The notes under the pieces: generated by a model
Database searches by the model: none
Told to the model about the DNA's origin: nothing
The model's input: the letters and a program-made list of their open reading frames with translations, nothing else
DNA from: a virus
IMG/VR virus record: IMGVR_UViG_3300020392_000010
Coordinates: 1-64,000 of that record
Direction: 5' to 3' (one strand)
Length of the DNA: 64,000 nt
Shown here: positions 58,882 to 64,000 of the stretch, one piece after another
Numbering within the stretch: position 1 is the stretch's first letter
How the letters are laid out: each line of letters begins with the position of its first letter
Position numbers and translations under genes: made by a program

Positions 58882-60585
58882 ATGTCACGTACAAAAGTTT
58901 TTAAACGTACTTCAGATTCTAGAATCCTTAATACTTGGAAGCCATTATTGGAAAGCCATGGTGTTAGTGCTGAAAGCGGGAAACAAGAGTGGTTAGCAGA
59001 ATATGCTCACAACCATGCTATTTTTGATAATAGCGCTCCTGTATTTGAGCAAACTGCACCTGGGTTGTTTTTTCAACAACCAGGTTCTGTATTAGGTAGA
59101 GGCGCTGCTGTAGCACCTACTGCCAGTCAGACGCCTTTTTCAGATGCTGGTGTTAAAGGTTCTTATGCCGATTCTGGTTCTGGAGATAAGTTTCCATCGT
59201 TACTTCCAGTTGCTATTCAAGTAGCTGCAAAAACGATTGGGTTTGATCTTGTTCCTGTTGTGCCTATGGATTCTCCTGTTGGGTTCTTACCTTACTTAGA
59301 TTATTTATATGCAGGCGGTCGAACAGATTCAGAATTTGAACCATATATGGTTAAAATTGAAGGAGCAACAGTAGATGCTCTTGAAACTGCAGGTTTCGCC
59401 GGAGTTAATGACGGAACAAACGCCAATCAGGCAATCACAATCGCTGGTGCTCAAGGTTCTTACGAATTAGTAGGATTCTCAAGAGTAGATGGTTTATTAA
59501 TAATGAAAGTTCTTAATGACGGTCTTAACCCAGCTGCAAGTGTTGATGCTGACCTTTCAGGTAATAATATTACTGCGATTGGTTCAACGAACGGTACTTT
59601 CCAAATAGCTGGAGCGGTATCATTGGTTTCTGCTTTAGAAAACCATATCTCTGGATTTACATCTCAGTCAACTGAGGTTCAAGATCCTGATTTTGTTGGT
59701 CCTTACTTACCTGAAACAGGTGGTGTTCCTGGATCAATGACAAGAGAACAAAGTGAATTGTCTAAATACAGACAAATGGGTCTTAGAATGTTCACTAAAT
59801 TTGTTGAAGCTAAATCTGATCAAGTGTCTATCTCAGCATCTGTTGAGCAGATCCAAGATCTTAACAGAGTTTGGAACTTCGACGTTATCTCTATGTTAGA
59901 GAACGTTGCAGTTAACGAACTTGCACAGTCTATCAACAAAAGATTGGTTGACAGAATCTTCACATTAGCTGATGATCACAATGTTGAAGTAAACATGGTA
60001 GAGGGCGCTGGAATCACTACACTAGACTTAAATGCTGGTACCGGTGGTTTTGAGAACACTTCTACTCTTCAAAGAAGATTAGTCACTAAGATTCTTGAAT
60101 TAGCAAACTTAATTTACCATAGAGGTAGATTTGGTGCTGGTACATTCATGATTACCAACGGTAGAGTTGCATCTGCATTAGCTGATGTTGCTGGTTACTC
60201 AATTGCACAGGCTCCATCTGATATGGGCGGTGTTGCTGGTAACCTATACCCAGCTGGTAAAGTTTATGGTGTTCAAGTATATGTTGATCCTAACTTAAGC
60301 TTTGGAGATTCTAGAATCTGCATTGGTCGTAAAGGATCTGATGAAGAACCAGGTGTTAAATTCTTACCATATATTATGGCTGAGTCTTTACAAACTATCT
60401 CAGAAGGTACTTTCTCACCAAAAATTGGAATGAAATCACGTTATGCGATTACTGAAGCAGGATGGCATCCAGAAACTCAATATGTAAATATGGAAGTTAC
60501 TGGAGACTTAGCTGTTCTTACAGGCGGAGCTGCCCCAAGTGGACCAGCTACACCATCACCAGTTGCACCAATAGTTGCACCATAA
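58882..60585 (+). CDS. gp23: Major capsid protein (T4 gp23-like)
   Basis: DLVPVVPM, EQIQDL, ELAQSINK, RGRFGAG, VYVDP, KFLPY, PKIGMKSRY. Confidence 0.95.
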   Translation: MSRTKVFKRTSDSRILNTWKPLLESHGVSAESGKQEWLAEYAHNHAIFDNSAPVFEQTAPGLFFQQPGSVLGRGAAVAPTASQTPFSDAGVKGSYADSGSGDKFPSLLPVAIQVAAKTIGFDLVPVVPMDSPVGFLPYLDYLYAGGRTDSEFEPYMVKIEGATVDALETAGFAGVNDGTNANQAITIAGAQGSYELVGFSRVDGLLIMKVLNDGLNPAASVDADLSGNNITAIGSTNGTFQIAGAVSLVSALENHISGFTSQSTEVQDPDFVGPYLPETGGVPGSMTREQSELSKYRQMGLRMFTKFVEAKSDQVSISASVEQIQDLNRVWNFDVISMLENVAVNELAQSINKRLVDRIFTLADDHNVEVNMVEGAGITTLDLNAGTGGFENTSTLQRRLVTKILELANLIYHRGRFGAGTFMITNGRVASALADVAGYSIAQAPSDMGGVAGNLYPAGKVYGVQVYVDPNLSFGDSRICIGRKGSDEEPGVKFLPYIMAESLQTISEGTFSPKIGMKSRYAITEAGWHPETQYVNMEVTGDLAVLTGGAAPSGPATPSPVAPIVAP

Positions 60586-60625
60586 TAGCATTTCAGTTTA
60601 ATTTTAACAGAGAAGTTATAATATT

Positions 60626-60654
60626 AAAGGGAATCTTAACGATTCCCTTTTTTT
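60626..60654 (+). terminator. Rho-independent terminator after the MCP
   Basis: AAAGGGAATC-TTAAC-GATTCCCTTTTTTT. Confidence 0.85.
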
Positions 60655-60658
60655 ATGT

Positions 60659-60913
60659 TTAATAATTTGGATTTAAAGTAACTGAATATTTAGCGGCTAT
60701 AGATCTTAATTTCTTTTTAGATATTCCTTCTAAGAAGCCCTCATTAATAATCATTCCTTCACCTGAGGGATCATTCGATATGTCTTCTTCATTACCACTA
60801 AATACTTGAAAAAAGTAACCTGGAGTGAACCCAGGGACTTCGTCATATCCATAACATACTTCTACCGGCTCTCCATTTTTAGGATTTATACCTATTGTGT
60901 TTATTCTACTCAT
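60659..60913 (-). CDS. Hypothetical protein
   Basis: YGYD...GYFFQV pattern. Confidence 0.5.
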   Translation of the reverse strand: MSRINTIGINPKNGEPVEVCYGYDEVPGFTPGYFFQVFSGNEEDISNDPSGEGMIINEGFLEGISKKKLRSIAAKYSVTLNPNY

Positions 60914-61449
60914 TTTATATCTTTTCTAATTACATTTAAGTACTCGTGAGCAACAGATAATACAGTATTTAGTGTAAAAAGAGGTTGATTTGCTTCAGCG
61001 TAAGTACGATCAGCCTCCTCTTTATTAAGATAATACTCTTTTTTAAACTTTTCAATAGTACACCCTGTTACGTTTATAAATGCTTGATCTAACCTACCTC
61101 TTCTTAAAAACAGATAATGTTGCCAATTTCCTGTTTCTATATAGGCCTCTATAGCGTCTTTAGCTCGTAATAACGATAAGTCTTCTTTTTCTTTAAATAA
61201 TTTTACAGCTTGTAATTTTTGACCTTTTCTAACAAGAAGTTCTACAGAAGGTATCCAACTAGGCTTATACCAACTATCTAACATTTTTTTAATCTCCTTA
61301 TCAGTTTTATCTGAAAATTCCCCAAGTGATATATCTTCCTTAGACTTTTTAATAGGATTTGCATCTAATATAGATTTCTTTTTATTAGGAAATTTCCTAT
61401 TATTGTAACTAAATTCTCCTCTATTAGGTTTATTCCTTAATTTTTTCAT
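60910..61449 (-). CDS. Protein with ribosomal L7/L12 C-terminal-like motif
   Basis: KLQAVKLFKEKEDLSLLRAKDAIE. Confidence 0.45.
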   Translation of the reverse strand: MKKLRNKPNRGEFSYNNRKFPNKKKSILDANPIKKSKEDISLGEFSDKTDKEIKKMLDSWYKPSWIPSVELLVRKGQKLQAVKLFKEKEDLSLLRAKDAIEAYIETGNWQHYLFLRRGRLDQAFINVTGCTIEKFKKEYYLNKEEADRTYAEANQPLFTLNTVLSVAHEYLNVIRKDIK

Positions 61450-61606
61450 TTTGTTTATTAAGTTTTCTATATTGCATGATCACATCTTTTTTATAACTTA
61501 AATGTTTATTCACATAAACATGTAGTTCTTTACCCGCATCTGCGTAATTTGGGTTATCAAGCACTATTTTGACTATTTCTGAAATAGTATTCTTTTCTTC
61601 TTTCAT
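61430..61606 (-). CDS. Small hypothetical protein (58 aa, not in ORF track)
   Basis: MKEEKNTISEIVKIVLDNPNYADAGKEL...; fills the gap after uvsE. Confidence 0.5.
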   Translation of the reverse strand: MKEEKNTISEIVKIVLDNPNYADAGKELHVYVNKHLSYKKDVIMQYRKLNKQNEKIKE

Positions 61607-61612
61607 ATTGTA

Positions 61613-62803
61613 TTATAAGTTTAATTTTAAAGTTTTATTCACCTTAGATTCTATAGTAGGCCTAAGTTCCATACTGTGTGATTTTTTTACATAATCAAAT
61701 AAGGCTAGTTCTTTTGATTTTGCTTCTATTTCTATATCAAAAAGATTGCCAATTTGAGGAATAGCGTCATATAAGTAATCTGCATGAGACCTTTCCATAA
61801 CAGAACTATCTTCATTTAGTCTTTTACTGCTACTAAAGTGAGCAAGTGGACGCACACTAGCTGGCCAGGTTGAAGCAGCTAGTTTGGCAGCTTTTTCTTG
61901 AGATAAACCACCTGTGCAAAACAAGTGATGAAAGAAATCGAATGTAATAGGAATATTAATATGTTTGTATAAACCTTCGTATAGATCAATTACGCTATAT
62001 TGACTAGCTTTATCGTCATTTTCTACAACAAGACGCGCTTTAGTAGATTCAGAAAGTTTACTAAAGTTTTTTACAAACCTAGATAATGTTTCTTTTTTAT
62101 TACCATAGGCACCTCCTACATGAATATTTAAACTATAGTTGTGATTTTTAGGTAAGCCCATTAAATCTAGTATAGTAGAATGCTTGTCTAATTCGTTTAT
62201 AGAGTTGTAAACTATTTTTTCGTTTGGACTAGGAAGTACACAAAATTGACCTGGATGAAAGCCTACTCTTAGATTGTTTTCCAGTATGTACTTTCCTATT
62301 TCTGCAAGTTTGCTTTTTATTTGATTGTAATTTGGTAATTGATTGAAATCATATTCGCTCATCCATGGAAAAAGACTACTAGACATTCTGAATATTCTTA
62401 TATTGTTTTTAGCATTCCATTTAAGAATAACTAAAAGATCTTCTACATTTTGTATAGCTAGGTTACCTGCTTTTTTACATAGCCATTCCATGTAACCTTT
62501 TTTTGAAACATCATAATCTGATATTTGAACTGTTTTATCTACTAATGTTCTTTTAGTTATAGATTTAAAGGTTCTAAAGCTAGTGTTAAGGGAACTAGCA
62601 GACTTTCCTTTTTCATCATATACTAGAGTTGAATCATACCATTTTTCTATTATGCTTTCGTCTGTTATATGTACTTGATTACAATTTTTATGTAACCATT
62701 TATTAACGCTATATTCAACAACAGGACTTTGCATTCCCCTGTTAGTTGATATATTATGTTCTTTCAATGTAAGGTTTATACAACAGTATCCTAAGTTATT
62801 CAT
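61613..62803 (-). CDS. uvsE: UV damage endonuclease UvsE/UVDE
   Basis: LGYCCIN, FRMSS, FHPGQF, IHVGG, ENDDK, FDFFHH, HADY, EAKSKE. Confidence 0.9.
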   Translation of the reverse strand: MNNLGYCCINLTLKEHNISTNRGMQSPVVEYSVNKWLHKNCNQVHITDESIIEKWYDSTLVYDEKGKSASSLNTSFRTFKSITKRTLVDKTVQISDYDVSKKGYMEWLCKKAGNLAIQNVEDLLVILKWNAKNNIRIFRMSSSLFPWMSEYDFNQLPNYNQIKSKLAEIGKYILENNLRVGFHPGQFCVLPSPNEKIVYNSINELDKHSTILDLMGLPKNHNYSLNIHVGGAYGNKKETLSRFVKNFSKLSESTKARLVVENDDKASQYSVIDLYEGLYKHINIPITFDFFHHLFCTGGLSQEKAAKLAASTWPASVRPLAHFSSSKRLNEDSSVMERSHADYLYDAIPQIGNLFDIEIEAKSKELALFDYVKKSHSMELRPTIESKVNKTLKLNL

Positions 62804-62886
62804 ATTTATATTATACTAATAATTTATGATATTATACACTAAATTAAAAAATAGTTTAAATAAATAAACAAGAGAAGCGTATTTGT

Positions 62887-63681
62887 ATGAAAAATTTTAT
62901 AGAAACATTTAAGATATTTGAATCAAAAAATCGGGTAAACGGATTAGAAGAGTTTATTAACACGTTAAAGGAAAATTTTAAAGAATATCACAGTGTAATA
63001 GATGATTTAAAATCATACATATTAAAATCTGGATGCGAAGCTATTGGGTTTGACACCCTATATGGTGCTTCTGGAATATCAAAAACCGATAAATGTGTAA
63101 TTGCAGATAAAGTACTTAAAGAACCTATTGAAAAAGCACTTTACGTAATACTTCACGAAGTATCTCATCAGTATCAATATTCTAAGTATGGAAAAAACGT
63201 AATGTGGGATTCATATAATTCTAATATAGATATAGAAAAAGCGGTCGACCTGCTAATGAATATTGAATTAGTAGCAGATAGATTAGCTATTATCAAAACT
63301 AAACATTTATTAGATTCAAATGGCGTAAAAAACTACAAAGAAGTAACGGCAGTCTATCCTAAAATGTCTAGGCAATATTTTAAAAGTCATTTAGAATCCT
63401 TAAGAAAAAGCGTAAATGATAAAAAAATAGAAGACGTAGATGGTGTAAACAATATGATGCACAATAAACTTAAAGAAAAACCAAAACCTATTGTATTTAA
63501 AAATCATAATAGACCAAAGCCTAAGCAATTTAAAAATCAAATAGAAATAGATAGAATATTAGATAAATTATCCGATACAGGCTGGTCTAGTTTAACTGAC
63601 TCTGAAAAATCTACATTAAGATCTGCTAGTAATAAACCAAGTAGTAAGCCGCCTAGTAGCAATCAGTTAAACCTATTTTAA
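62887..63681 (+). CDS. HExxH metallopeptidase-like protein with leader and DUF6576-like C-terminus
   Basis: MKNFIETFKIFES; LHEVSHQYQ...E..ADR; IDRILDKLSDTGWSSLTDSEK. Confidence 0.6.
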   Translation: MKNFIETFKIFESKNRVNGLEEFINTLKENFKEYHSVIDDLKSYILKSGCEAIGFDTLYGASGISKTDKCVIADKVLKEPIEKALYVILHEVSHQYQYSKYGKNVMWDSYNSNIDIEKAVDLLMNIELVADRLAIIKTKHLLDSNGVKNYKEVTAVYPKMSRQYFKSHLESLRKSVNDKKIEDVDGVNNMMHNKLKEKPKPIVFKNHNRPKPKQFKNQIEIDRILDKLSDTGWSSLTDSEKSTLRSASNKPSSKPPSSNQLNLF

Positions 63682-63696
63682 ATAAATAAAAATAAA

Positions 63697-63924
63697 ATGA
63701 AAGAATTTTTAAATATAGGTCAATTAATATTGTGCCTAACATTCTGTATATTATGGCCATCCTGGTTAAAAGACGGGTATCTAGAAAACGGTTACTTAAT
63801 AATCGCAACGTTTATAGCTGCATATGGAGGATTTATAGCTGGTTTATACTGGTATATTAAAAATAAATTTAAATGGAAAAGTTGGAAAGAAATTTGGAAT
63901 AAAATTACTTCCAAAAAACATTAA
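63697..63924 (+). CDS. Small membrane protein
   Basis: Two hydrophobic helices. Confidence 0.5.
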   Translation: MKEFLNIGQLILCLTFCILWPSWLKDGYLENGYLIIATFIAAYGGFIAGLYWYIKNKFKWKSWKEIWNKITSKKH

Positions 63925-64000
63925 CTGATATAAGCAATACTGCTAAAATGAGAGATACAATTACTTTTAAAGTAATAGTTTCATTAAAAAAGTAGTTTAC

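Noticed and set aside
60462-60662. Frameshift or readthrough extension of the MCP
   Set aside because: The MCP ends in tandem TAA TAG followed by a terminator; no slippery site was recognised.
62504-62731. Intein in UvsE
   Set aside because: No Cys/Ser start or His-Asn end; too short.
1-64000. Stop-codon reassignment, as seen in some huge phages
   Set aside because: Core genes are full length in the standard code, and TAG and TGA both end genes at sensible positions.

Overview
A very AT-rich, gene-dense segment of a large T4-like (jumbo/huge) myophage genome. The host is most likely Bacteroidota (Flavobacteria-like), judged from a Bacteroidota-type primary sigma factor, amidase and NifU and from A-rich starts without Shine-Dalgarno motifs. 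Core genes are recognisable by motif: portal (gp20), prohead protease-scaffold, major capsid protein (gp23), gp2, gp4, gp13, gp25, a baseplate/tail module ending in gp5, primase, the C-terminal half of a split family-B polymerase, UvsW, UvsY, PhoH, UvsE and a NEIL1-like glycosylase. A ~9 kb island encodes nonulosonic (sialic-type) acid synthesis and transfer, plus a DOT1-like/SET/ATP-grasp operon. The most striking pattern is about 20 otherwise unrelated proteins sharing a short motif that resembles the T4 capsid-targeting sequence (MKTYQEFIAE). The motif is mostly N-terminal, sometimes internal or C-terminal, and usually sits downstream of a TATAAATA-type late promoter. The scaffold carries 11 tandem 14-aa repeats of the same pattern, suggesting a large capsid-cargo addressing system. 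No tRNA, rRNA or CRISPR array was recognised. All assignments are by-eye motif recognition; no database searches were run.
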